Below are positions 39,345 through 51,800 of a stretch of 64,000 nucleotides of DNA, one piece after another. The position numbers and the translations under genes were made by a program. How positions within the stretch are numbered: the first letter of the stretch is position 1; the number at the start of each line of letters is the position of its first letter. Below the pieces are notes generated by a model. That model saw nothing but the letters and a program-made list of their open reading frames with translations, did not search any database and was not told where the DNA came from. The stretch lies in assembly GCF_006345805.1 (NCBI RefSeq), contig NC_043007.1, positions 65,224,001 to 65,288,000 on the forward strand, written 5' to 3'. This DNA is from Octopus sinensis. Its lineage: Eukaryota.

Positions 39345-39461
39345 AATAGAGTTTACAAAAGTGACGGAGGGTGCTGACTAGCATCGCTTATGCTAAAATA
39401 ATTCTTATTTTAGCAGAAGCGGTATTAGTCAGCACCTTTCGTCAGTTTTGTGATCTCTATT
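39345..39461. repeat. Fold-back palindrome, 57-bp arms, 3-nt loop
   Basis: AATAGAG..GGTGCTGACTA..GCTAAAATAA-TTC-TTATTTTAGC..TAGTCAGCACC..CTCTATT. Confidence 0.92.
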
Positions 39462-40774
39462 CATTTTGCCTTCCGGTTCTAATTGCCAATAAGCCACCCT
39501 TTTAATTTTTCAAGGTTGGTATTTAGGCGGTGTGCTACATATCCCAGTGTCCCAATAATTACAGGTATAAACCTGAACTTGTAATCGGGATAGAGTAACT
39601 ACAGATTTTTCAACAGTTCAGCGGAGGTGTAACTATGTATGTATGTATGTATGTATGTATGTATGTATGTATGTATGTATGTATGTATGTATGTATGTAT
39701 GTATGTATGTATGTATGTATGTATGTATAGCTTGATTCATACACGCATACACATATATGTATACATATACATATACGATGGGGTGCTGAAAGGGAAGGCC
39801 TGACTGGATGCCCAAATTCTGTTACAGGGCTTAGAAAAACTGAAGGACCACTGTAATAAGTGTGCAAACCTGAGTGGGGAATATGTTGAATAATATCATA
39901 GCTAATCCTTCTGTATTTTCTTTTACCCAAAGCCAGGAACATTTTAGCATCTCATCATATATATACATATGCATATATCAACGTGTACACACACACACAC
40001 ACACACATGTTTGCACAGTATTCGTATGTACGTGTTTTTATAAGACAACATACTTATGAAACAAGTAACTTCGAACACAGACGAAAGGCTATATGTAAAT
40101 CAACAATTATGACTCGTTAGGTGGAGTGAGAGAGAGAGAGAAAGAAAGAGAGGGAGAGAAAGAAAGAACGAGAGAAAAGAAAGACAGAAAATGTAAGACA
40201 AACACATCGAACGTTTTCAGTTTTAGGGATGGTCATCGTTGTTGTTGCTGTTGTCATTGTTGCTTCAGTTGCTATGGGCGGGAAAAATCGTAGCACTTCC
40301 AGAAGAATAGCTGGTCGGAGAATGTATAGTTATGCTTAGGTAAACATGTGATATGCTGACAAGTTGATTGAACAAGCATTTATTTGTCGTTACAAATTAT
40401 TTTGATGTTGTCTTTATTGAATGAGGTGGAGGGAAGGTCGCTGGCATTCTGTTTCATGATATTAAACTTCTCAAGTAGGAAGATCCAGCTTTAAAGATAG
40501 CAAGGAAAATATATAAAGAAAGATCCAGGGTGATAATCAGATGCCAGATAAATGGAATAACAATATGGAATAGAAGATTTCTGCTTTGTACATTTTTTTT
40601 ACTGCTGACAACACATTCTAGCTGATGAACCAATTGTTTTCCTAAATGCATCAAGAAAAGTATTGTAATTTATTCATTTATTTATTTCCCTTTATATCCT
40701 GAGTTTAGATCCGCTCGATGTCAAAGTACTGTGATCCCTCAAAATTGCTGTCTTTTACTCTAAATCATAAACCC

Positions 40775-40940
40775 GGCTTGGCAGAATCGCTAACATGCTA
40801 GACAAAATCCTTAACAGGTTGACTTTTCTTCTCATCCTTTCGGGTCGATAAAATAAATACCAGTCGAAGAATGGGGTTGATATAATCAATTAGTCCAACC
40901 TTTCAAAAATTTCAGGCTTTGTGTCTTTAGTGGAAAAGAT
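40775..40940 (+). mobile_element. SINE family A, diverged
   Basis: TTGGCAGAATCGCTAAC..CATCCTTTCGGGTCGATAAAATAAATACCAG. Confidence 0.65.
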
Positions 40941-41195
40941 TGGTAGTTTATTTCGTGTTTGATGTAAGTAAAAAGGTGCGGATAGGGAAAGACTGTAAAA
41001 GTCACGTAGGTTCAAACTGGATTTCTCGAATGTACCTCATTGGTCATAGACAAAACATATCGTATCATTCAGATTTTCTCTAGATACATTATTTGTCGCA
41101 TTACCAAATAGCTACTGCGAAAGGTCTCCATAATTTCAATGTATCTGCTATACAAACAAAGGTTTGAGTGTGTGTGTTTGTGTGTATGTATGTGT

Positions 41196-42368
41196 GTAGG
41201 ACCACCTTTGGCAGGAATTACATCTTGAATTCTACGAGGTATGAACTCGTACAAAGTTTGAATAATTTCCAAAGGAATTTGTCCATTCTTCAGCTAAAAC
41301 AGTCTCCAGTTCTTGTAGTGATGATGGTGGAGGATATAGACTTCTTACTTGTTGTTTCTGAAATGCACCATAAATGGTGGCCAGATAGGATGTTCAGCTT
41401 CACTAGAATGTTCCTCGTGTCATTCAGTAACAACTTTAGCTGTGCTAATTGGTGCATTATCATCCTGAAAGATTGCGCTTTCCCCCGGAAACAGTTCCGC
41501 AATCATAGGATGAATTTCCTCAGATAAAATGCTTAAATAGTCTTGATATTAATTCTGCCATAAAGGGAAACCATGGGGTCGGCGGATTTCCAAGATATGC
41601 CCCCATCCCCCAGATCATCACTGATCACCCTCTATGCTTAACAGTTGGAAGAAGGCGGTCTGGGTCAAATGTTTCTTTTGGTTGTCTCTACACGTACACT
41701 CAGCCGGTGGTCGGAAATAAGGTAATGGATGACTCGTCCGAGAAAATTACATTCTTCCACTGCTCTAGGGACCAATCCTGTAGGTTTTAACTCCACTCTA
41801 AACGCTTTGCAACGTTTGTTTTTGAAAGTAGTGGTTTTCTGATTGCAGCCCTCCCGTGAAATCCCGCTTTGTGCAGCTCCCGGCAAACAGATTTTCTGGA
41901 AACTGGGTTCTCGAGGTGGTCATTAAGCTCTGCAGTAATTTTGGGAGGTGTACATTTCTGATCATTTCTAATAATTCGCGTAAGAATCCGACGGTCCCTA
42001 TCTGAAAGTTTTAGTTTTCTTCCAGAGTTTTGTTTTGATGAGGAGATTTTTCCCTTTTTCTCAAAGGCTGTCATAACTTTCGAGACAGTACTTCTTGATA
42101 CACCAAGCATTTCGGCTTTTTTCGTTACGCTAGTGCCTGCCATACGAACACCAACAATTTGATCTCTTTGAAAGTCCGATAGATCTGTCATTTTAATGAA
42201 TTTTAATTATCTTTTTCTGAAGATATTTGAAAAGAAACAGCAATTTTAGCAAAACACATTAAGCAACACAAATAATAAAAAAATAAACGAACTTTTGACG
42301 GTTTTAAAGATATTTCAAAATTATGATGCTGTAATGTTAGGCGTTTCCATTATTTTTTCCAGCCCCTT
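41196..42368 (-). mobile_element. Tc1-like transposon (family 2) with transposase pseudogene; N-terminal ORF at 41787-42191
   Basis: TA-flanked TIR (A/C)AGGGGCTGGA..ATAATGGAAAC; MTDLSDFQRDQIVG, IRKPLL, VIFSDESS, FQDDNAP, C-terminal IPRRIQDVIPAKGGPT; SPDLN.IE segment deleted. Confidence 0.92.
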
Positions 42369-42386
42369 TATATATATATATATAAT

Positions 42387-42439
<53 letters not shown>

Positions 42440-42613
42440 CAAATAAGAAAATGGAGAAGCACATAGTTGGTTCATCAACTTTAGGACATTAAAATGTTGA
42501 CTTATTTATTTATCAAAATGACAACCATAATAACATACATATAGTATATTATTCAATGCATATAAGATAAGAATACAAGCAGTTATTAAAAAACATGAAT
42601 ATAAATTATTAAA

Positions 42614-42972
42614 ATCACTTACAGCTGTTTCAACATATAGATAATATCAACTCATTGAGCCTATATTAGTCAAGTGTATTGAGGCGATAGGCAGTTGAAA
42701 ATGAGGTACTTATATATATATATCCCTAGGCCTCGTCAAAAAATTATATATATATATATATATACATATTTAGATGTTTATTCTATTCGTTCACAGCCGT
42801 TTCATAATCTTGTTACTTATGTAATAGATATTACATCAGCATTCGCACGTATACAAAATATACATTTCAATATATATGTGTGTGTGTACACCTGCATAAA
42901 GAAGTGTTATCAGAAGTAAACTAACAGACTAGTTTCAGAACTATACATGGTAGTCCAAAACATCAGCTCTAC
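42614..42972 (-). ncRNA. Two degenerate hammerhead-like motifs (42614-42745 with long stem II; 42921-42972)
   Basis: UUGACGA-GGCCUAGG...GAAA-CAGCUG-UA and CUGAUGU..GGACUA/UAGUUC..GAAA-CUAG-UC. Confidence 0.4.
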
Positions 42973-43257
42973 TGCAAAGAGCAGGGTGACCCTGTATATA
43001 TCCACAGGCTAGCATTTATGATTTACTTTAAGGGAGGAATGACCATAAATCAATACTAAGCTTGAAAGTGAAGCAGTAGCTAATACAACAAAATAAAATA
43101 AAAATATTAAAAATATCCAGAGTCACAAAAATATAGAAGTACTAAAAAAAAAATGAATGAAATAGGTTAGTCAATTAAATTGGCTGCAAAGATATGGGTA
43201 CTAATTATTTTCTAAATAACGCTAGGTTGACCATTCTAGTAAGAAATTATATATATA

Positions 43258-44364
43258 CTAGCAGTACCGCCCGGCGTTGCTCGGGTTTGTAAGGGAAATA
43301 ACTATATAAGCATTTTTAGAGAGTTATAGCCAAAAAATAGTAAAAAATGCATTAAAAATGGAAAAAATATGATGGTAAATTTTTTGAAAAATCGTTGACT
43401 CATCGTAGACATTTTTAGAGAGTTACTTCCCTTATATAATAGCGAAAAAATGCATTAAAATGGAAAAAAAAACGATGGTAAATTTTTTTTTCAATCGTAG
43501 ACTCATGTAGACGCTTTCTTAGCCATTTCTGTTTTGGTGTCTTCAAGCCATGAAGTCGTTGTTCTAAAAGAACGCTGGTCTCCTTGACAACGCATTACGA
43601 CGTTGATTTCCTTGCACTCCCTTCCCCACAGGTGCAGGTGTGAGCGTGGATGCCAACTCCGCCGCCATCGACACACGAAAAATTATGCATTAAAATGGAA
43701 TAAAAAATGATGTTAAGTTATTTTTAAAATCGTAGACTCATCGTAGACGTGCGCTAATACGCAGACGGGCTCGATATGAATCACGACTATAAGCTACCCG
43801 AATTTGGTTAAACTGCACCGCAAAATGTGGGAGTAGTTAGGAATCTAAATCGAAGGGGACAGACACTCACACAACTACAGTTTTATATATATAGATATAC
43901 ATAGCGCAGTAGTGGTGAGATGTGACAGTAAAGAAAAGCATACATTCACTCTCTGCATGCAATTAGACTCGGAAAGTTCGTGAGGAACCCATTGACCCAA
44001 TTTGCTGACTTTTCCGATAGCACACAGGTCTCAATGAATGGTTGAATGACCAAATCCAAGCTTCTGTGCTAGTTCCTCAACAGTTACGATGAGATTTTGT
44101 TCCACCAGGGTTTTCAGGATGTCCTTGTCGAGTTCTACAGATCTTTCAGGATGAGGCTCGTCTTCTAGGCTGTTCCAATATAGCTTTGAAAAAAATAGCT
44201 GTTAAAATCGAAATGCACTCTTCAAAACTTGCACTATGAATAAGGACAAGATAAAATTACTACCTGCTTTTATAGCAAGTTAATATAAGTAGTTTATCCC
44301 ATTCCCCTCTGACTTTTAGTTCAAGCTGTTGAAAAAACCGCATTATTATATATATATACATACA

Positions 44365-44396
<32 letters not shown>

Positions 44397-44716
44397 CACA
44401 CACCTCTCTCTCTCACACACATGCACACATTTATATTCTGTTATTCTTTTATATGTTTCAGCCTTGAGGTTGTGGCCATGCTGGATCATGTGTGTGTGTG
44501 TGTGTCTATCTGTCTGTCTGTATGTATATATGTATATGTATGTGTTGTGAACAATAATATTTTCAACAGATGTGTTGCAAATGTATCTGATTGTTCTCAA
44601 GCTTCAATACTGTGTGTGTGTGTATGTGTGTGTGTGTGTGTGTATGTATGTATATGTATGTATGTATATGTATGTATGTATGTATGTGTGTATGTATGTG
44701 TGTGTGTATGTATGTA

Positions 44717-44747
<31 letters not shown>

Positions 44748-45211
44748 ATGTATGTATGTATGAGTGTATGTTTACTTTATTACTAACACAAGGCAGTACG
44801 GTTATTTAATGTAAAGTCTTCCTCAAATCACTATCTCTGGCTATTTACTCTCTTCCAAGAACATTTTCACTCACACTTATGTGTTAGCTTCCCATACATT
44901 TTACTCATGTATCTATCAGCGTGATAGAGAGAAACAAATATTACATCTAGTTTCACTTTATTCGTTGCCCACTGTGTGTGTGCGTTTGCGTGTGGTGTAA
45001 ACCAGACTAAGAAAAGCATTTGACACACACACCAGAATATGAGTTTTCTGTAAATTTTGCTTAATTGGAGTTTAAATTTTAAAAACTGGACCTGGCATGA
45101 CGCGATGCATTGTACTCTCAAAAATGGTAGGTAAATTGTATTGAAGAAATCCTATATTGTAGATTTGTATAACTCCCAAAGGGAGGCAGATAAAATCTGC
45201 CTTTTATAATA

Positions 45212-45214
<3 letters not shown>
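43258..45214 (-). mobile_element. Composite non-autonomous Helitron (copy 2); inner Helitron at 43258-43895; captured mariner fragment at 43910-44170
   Basis: Reverse-complement homology to 13544-15327; TC/CTAG ends; LEDEPHPERSVELDKDILKTLVEQN..LGQWVPHELSE. Confidence 0.85.
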
Positions 45215-45267
<53 letters not shown>

Positions 45268-45276
45268 GAATGTATG

Positions 45277-45331
<55 letters not shown>

Positions 45332-45405
45332 ATATATATATATTATATATATATATATACATATATATATGTGTATGTATGTATATATATATATATTATG
45401 TATGT

Positions 45406-46057
45406 ATACTAAGCAATAAAGGGTTTAGCAACGAATTGCCTTACCACATACCGAATTTAGAAATAGCAGTCAAAGAGTTATAGCTATTTCTTCTACTAAA
45501 AAGGGAGATCTCAGTAAAAACAGCAATTGGAAGGCAGACACAAACAGGTAAGAGAGAATGAATTGACGGCAATCTATCATACAATTTTAAGTTATCTACG
45601 GACGCACGTTTCGAAATCAAGTTTTTAGGAAAGCATAAGAATTAAATATTAAATAATTCTACCTTACCAAAACTTCTTTTCTCTTCAGCGTAGAATACTA
45701 TAATCATAAATGATTATATATTGAATTTTGAGATACTAGAAGGCACCAACTCAACTCAGTATCAGAGCGAGCTAGAATCCGCAACTAGTATCACCAAATT
45801 CAATGTGTGAATGAAAAGATTGTGTCACCAGCCCCTTCCCACCCGCGTGTAGCCAAAACAAGATGCTGTGGTCATCTACTGAGATAAAATATGGTTATCC
45901 GTAATAATGAAGGGTGAAATTAATTAATTGGAATAATTATCAATTACACCAAGTAGTCTTCGGCATGTAAAAGCCTCATTCGAGGAAAATTTAAGTAATA
46001 CTAAGCAATAAAGGGTTTAGCAACGAATTGCCTTACCACATACCGAATTTAGAAATA
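45406..46057 (-). mobile_element. Non-autonomous hammerhead-containing retroelement (retrozyme-like or Penelope pLTR-like); 592-bp unit plus 60-bp terminal redundancy
   Basis: Identical 60-bp direct repeats at 45406-45465 and 45998-46057; flanked by TA-rich microsatellite; internal hammerhead. Confidence 0.75.
45596..45693 (-). ncRNA. Type I hammerhead ribozyme, intact core, long stem II
   Basis: CUACG-CUGAAGA-GAAA..long hairpin..UUUC-GAAA-CGUGCG-UC-CGUAG; GUC cleavage predicted between 45601 and 45600. Confidence 0.85.
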
Positions 46058-46058
46058 T

Positions 46059-46091
<33 letters not shown>

Positions 46092-46096
46092 TATAC

Positions 46097-46204
<108 letters not shown>

Positions 46205-46207
46205 TTT

Positions 46208-46537
46208 TTGTGACCCCCTTCGCTCAGACACTGACCATGGGTTTGCACCTAGAGAGTTACCCTCTGAGGCACAAGTCTGGGCAAGGTTGTTTTATGGAAG
46301 ACCAGCAGTCGCCCATGCATACCGGCCTCCCCTCTCCACGTCACCGATGTTGTCCAAGGGAAAGGCAAGGGCCGATACAGTTTGGCACCTGTGACGTCGC
46401 AACTCATTTCTACAGCTGAGGGAACTGGAGCAACGTGAAATAAAGTGTCTTGCTCAAGAACACAACACGCAGCCCGGTCCGGGATTCGAGCTCACAACCT
46501 CACGATCGTAAGCTCGACGCTCTAACCACTGAGCCAC

Positions 46538-46538
<1 letters not shown>
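46208..46538 (-). mobile_element. tRNA-derived SINE, family C variant with distinct 3' tail
   Basis: Head GTGGCTCAGTGGTTAGAGCG..GAGCTCGAATCCC; body TTCTTGAGCAAGACACTTTATTTCACG; diverged relative of the tail at about 290-430. Confidence 0.85.
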
Positions 46539-46574
<36 letters not shown>

Positions 46575-46668
46575 TATGTATATATATATATACATATATA
46601 TATAATATATAATATATATAATATATATGTATGTATGTATGTATATATATATATTATATATGTATGTT

Positions 46669-46710
<42 letters not shown>

Positions 46711-46735
46711 TATACATATATATATATATACACAC

Positions 46736-46772
<37 letters not shown>

Positions 46773-47694
46773 ACGACACCAGTCGATAAAATAATATTAA
46801 CTGAAAAAGCTACTTTATTCTTTTAATATTTTTCTAAGAAATATGTGAAAAATAAAGGAAAAATTTAGAAATTTTTTACATATATGTGCGTATGTGTGTC
46901 GATGTGTGCATTTATGCTTGCGAGTTTTATCTTTATAATTCCGATGCGCACTCTATCCCTCTCTAGTCTTTCTATGTATCTCCCTCTGTTGCTCTTCTTC
47001 CTTTCTGTTTTCTCTCCCACCCTTTCCCTATTCTTCTCCTCTACACTTCACCGTTCCCTCTCTCTTTCTCACACTTCTTTCTTGACTCTCTCGTTGCTCA
47101 CACATGTCCAACGGCTATCCATCTTGCTTTCTTCCACTTCCTTCCTAAAGGCAAGACTTGCTTTTGCTTGTCTCATCTCGAAGTTCGTTTTTCCAGCGTT
47201 CACCACTTCACCTCATTATGGCTTAACAGCCCTCACCGTCTGTTTATACTGTTTAGTTCTTACTGTCCTCTTTTTGTTACCACTTTAACCCGCCGCAAAA
47301 AATCCCAAATTTTATTTAATTTGCTTTGCGGGAAGGACTGTTCTAACGATGTCGCGTCTTGCGCCTAACTTCGAATCGCGGAGTAGATAAAACAGAGGAC
47401 AACTGATGAAAGGAATGTTCTTTATGTTGCTGTCTCGTTCTTCTAATTGTTTCTTTTGTTGTTCGAAAAAAAGTTCGTTTTCTATGTTTTTGTTTTTTAT
47501 GTTCTCGTTTCTCCTTTTGTTTACGTTTTTCGATGTCCTGTATCCATATATGCATGTATATATATATACATATATATGTAGGTATGTACATATATGTATA
47601 TATATATGCATATATTTATATTATTTATATTACATATTTATGTCTTTTTTATATTATATATATATAATGCACTCGACCCTTTTTCGACGCGAAG

Positions 47695-48530
47695 TATTGA
47701 AGCGGGTCAAAAGTTTTGCAGTTTATGTGCTAGTTTGTGGAGTCTATATCATGTGACCGAAGGAGCTCAAGCTGCGGAACATTCTCGCTGAGGCTGGTTG
47801 TATCGTGGCAGTTGGTGCGCAGACATGTGCATTGCATCACTATGTATGTGATTTGAAAGCTACACAGATGAATGTGAAATGCCATTTAATTCGGGAACTT
47901 ATGTTGTAGAAAGCAACCAACAATATTTTTTGTGCAAAAGGTGAAGGTGTAGTTGATCATAGTACAATAACCAGATGGTTCCAGAAATTTCGCTCGGGTT
48001 GCAAGAACCTTGACAATCAGACAAGGTCAGGTAGAACGAAAACCGTTGATTCCGATACCCTGATCCAAGTCATAGAGGCACATCTAGTGACTAGAGAGAG
48101 TATTAGGTGAGCTCGTCATCTCACTGGTGTGTGCCATTGAGCGGCGAAATACCCAGCATGGATTAACAGAAACTCTTCTGTAAGAAGACAACGCAAGACC
48201 TTATTCCGCTCATCAACCAGGTAAAAGCTCCAGGAACTTGAGGGAATCGAACTGATACTGCATCAAGCATATAATCCGGACCTTGATCCCTCAGATTATA
48301 GTTTCAATCCATGGCTCCTCTCTGCGCCGGCGACGCTTTATCAACCAAGAGAAAGTGGAATCTTCAGTGAAGGAGTTTTTGCTTTGAAGTACAAGAACTG
48401 TTATCAGTGTGAGATCAAAGAACTGACAGAAAGATCGTCTCAGACGGTGCAACACGATGACCTCCACTTTGATTGCTAGACTTACTTTGTTGTAACTTGA
48501 CGAATAAAGCAAGTAAGTTTTTTCAAAATA
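47695..48530 (+). mobile_element. Mariner (DD34D) transposon remnant, internally deleted
   Basis: KGEGVVDHSTITRWFQKFRSGCKNLDNQTRSGR and LQELEGIELILHQAYNPDLDPSDY (YSPDLAPSDY motif). Confidence 0.85.
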
Positions 48531-50974
48531 CAAAAGGTTGGTGATATTCGTCAATATAGTCCCGGTGAATAGATCCATTCTCGACATGCACCTGTACATT
48601 AAAGAACACAGTTGGGAGGTAGGCACTTGTCATTAGTAGACAAAGTATTCTGAGATTTGTGTGGTTCTCTGAGTTACCATTTAGGGGTTTCAGTTGCTGT
48701 CAACATCCTCTGCACGGATGATTCTGTAGGGCATGGATGATGATGCATAGAATTACGATCGGGCTGTAGTATCTTCAAAAATTCCTGGATAACGAGTAGG
48801 TGTGGTAGTCATTGCACGGCATTAACTTTTCTTAGCTCATCTCTTTAATAGAAACGAAATCCTAAGTCAAGCCAATACAAAGATTAGGCGTCTGGCATCT
48901 AGAATTTTGTCAGGCGCTAACAGCCCTCTAATTGTCATTCATGGTGATCATTAGAAAAATAGAAAAATAGTGGTAGGGAAATAAAGCATTAACTTGAATC
49001 AACCGGCAGGGCTTCTCCCGACGAATTTTAGCTTAGCAGAACCACAGGAGGCCAATGTCGGTTCGAGATTAACTCTCAACCGGAGATGCCATCTGCCGGC
49101 CCTATGAGAGGTGCGCTTAGAGCGACAAACCCGTTCTGTACATGCGTATAAGAGTACAGTATATTTGTGGAGCTATGTCAAACACCTACTGTTGAAAGCA
49201 GGATGGATCCGACTATTAACCTAGTTCATCTTATAGATCATTTCATTGCTTCACTTTGATTTGGAAAGGCAGACAAGTTACATGTGTCTAATGGTAGTTA
49301 TGACGAAAGAAAGTGTATGGTGTACAGGATTGAAAACACTGAACACAGACACTTTCTTTTTCGGAAGATGGTATTTATTCAATGAGCCTGTCTCCTTAAA
49401 TCATCAACAAAGTAGAGCTGCAGAAACAACTCCTCCTTGGAGATGAACTGAAGTGAACCGATCATGTGGTACATTTGCTGTTATGCTTTTAGAGGTTGGC
49501 ATGAATTTCCCATCTCTAATGATGGTGCTTCCAAACAAAAACATTATGAAAGCAGAGCTAGATTATCTGACGTTCTTTAAAACAATGTACGCAGTAGTAA
49601 GAAGCTCTTTCAGAGAGCTCTGGTGGATCAGCATTGCATTCATTTCTTGTTCCTATATTTTGGCTAAGTACTTATGTATGGCGAGGATCAAGTCTCTACT
49701 TGTTTTACTCTTTGACCGTCCTGCGTGGCCTGGCGCTGCAGTGAGGTTTATGGTGTCTACGTACAACCTAACTAGCAGCATTTTATTGAAAGTGAGCCTG
49801 TCGTTCATCAAGCGTTTCCAATTATCTATGGACAGATTGACATAGCATCTATTTACGGTGACTGCATTCCTAGCAGCATTAGCTTAGGCTTATATTGACG
49901 CTGTTCATTTGTTGTTGCTGCCCTCAGAACATATTTGCGTTTGGCATCTGAAATGACTGTGCTTGGGGCACATCTTTTCTGTGGCACTATTGATCGCATT
50001 TTGGTTTAGTATTGATAGAAACAAATTACTAAAAAAGCAATTGTTAGCAAGTGGTATTTTCTGTTATGTAAGGGAGGGAAAAAACTTTTATGGAAAAAAA
50101 AAAGAACAATCAAGAAGCTTATCGAGCGGTAATGTTGTAGAATGAATTTATCACTGTCTGCCGTTGACCTATGGTTTATAAGGCTAAAGAGAAACAGCAA
50201 AGATATTCCAAAAAACGTAAGACGTAAACCTCTTACGTCACACAGTGTTCTGTCATTCGAAATGTAAACAAAGATAGCGTTTTTGTGCCAGATATTTTCA
50301 TAAAATGAAATAACTTTTGATGTTAAACCTCCAAAGACACTTGCAAATTTTTATGCGGAGCAGTAAGTGTTGAGAAAGAGCGAAAGAGAGGAAGAAATAA
50401 TGAAAGTAAAGTCGTAAGAGAGAGAAAAGAGGAGATATAGAAAGAGAAATAATAACGTTCAGCCAAGAGAATACAGTTCTCCTCTTCTGCCATTTCTCTC
50501 TTACATGGAAGTATTCATTTTGTCTACTCTCTCTTTTTTAGCTCTTGCTCGTGTTTCTTGTATTTCAGGCTCTGGCAAATTTTCATGAGGAGTTGTAAGA
50601 GGGAGATATTGATGTAACAATTAGCAGTCAAAGGGGAAAACGAAGTAAAATCGTTAGAGAGAGAAAGAGAGGGAGATAGAAAAGAGAAATTGATATCAAC
50701 AAAGAGAGAAAGAATAAGAGAAAGAGTGACAGAGAGAGAAATACAGAGGGAGAAAGAGAGAGAGAGCATGCGATAATAAAAGACAATGAGGAATAGGAAG
50801 AGAAGTAAAACGTACAGAGTCTGAAGGGAAGTAGAAGTGGAAAGTGGAAGAACAAATGTTACATAAAAATGAGGGGGTGGGAAGAGAATCGGACTTACAT
50901 AAACAACAAACTTTAAAAAATATATACAGTGTGTGTGTGTGTGTGAGTGAGTGAGTGAGTGCGTGCGTGCATAC

Positions 50975-51185
50975 CTTTGTGGTTAACTCTCACGGTTTAA
51001 CAACCGGCGATGTTATGTTTATCTGCCCCGTATTTTAGTGATTCGGTCAAAAAAAAAAACAAAAAAAAAACACCTACAAAATATGAACCCAAAGTAAAAA
51101 TAAATGCTAGGAGTAGTTCATCAACTAAACCCTTCCAGGCGGAGTCCCAGTATGGTCGCTAGCTAATGACTGAAACAAGTAAGTT
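50975..51185 (+). mobile_element. SINE family B, 3' portion, diverged
   Basis: AACAACCGGCGATG..CTAAACCCTTCCAGGCGG..AATGACTGAAACAAGT. Confidence 0.6.
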
Positions 51186-51194
51186 TAGATTACA

Positions 51195-51223
51195 GAGTAG
51201 TAGTAGTAGTAGTAGTAGTGGTA

Positions 51224-51260
<37 letters not shown>

Positions 51261-51341
51261 AGTAGTAGTAGTAGTAGTAGTAGAAGAAGAAGCAGAAGAA
51301 GAAGAAGAAGAAGAAGCAGTAGCAATAGCGGCTGTGGCAGT

Positions 51342-51383
<42 letters not shown>

Positions 51384-51800
51384 GGCCTCGGCGGCGGTGG
51401 CATTGATGATTCTGTTCAGATACGGTTAGCACAAGCAAAGAAGTAGGATATGTTGGTACAGCTACACGAATGTCGTGGTCCGTCGCTGCAGTGCTATTGA
51501 TTTGACTCTCCACCACCACGATCACTGTCGCCGCCGCCACCACCACCACCACCACCACCACCACCATCGTCATCATCATCATCATCATCACCATCATCAT
51601 CATCACCAGCAACAACAACGAGGGCAATATCAGCAGCATCATTATCATACAAATCGCCATGCTACCACTAACACAACAGCACGAATAACGCTATTAACAC
51701 GCTAGCGACCACCATCGCTATTTCTGCCGCCGCCGCCACCACCACCACTACCGCTAACACTAACGACAGCAATAACAAACATTACGCTATCACTACTACT
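51195..51800. repeat. Compound trinucleotide microsatellites (AGT/AGA/AGC/CAC/CAT)
   Basis: Directly visible; similar blocks at 53120-53910 and 54878-55070. Confidence 0.95.

Noticed and set aside
49453-49845. 130-aa plus-strand ORF as a membrane protein
   Set aside because: No motif or exon structure; likely an antisense shadow of a degraded minus-strand frame
51475-51705. Poly-His/Gln ORF resembling a transcription factor tract (also 53467-53682)
   Set aside because: Part of compound trinucleotide arrays with no flanking domain or splice evidence
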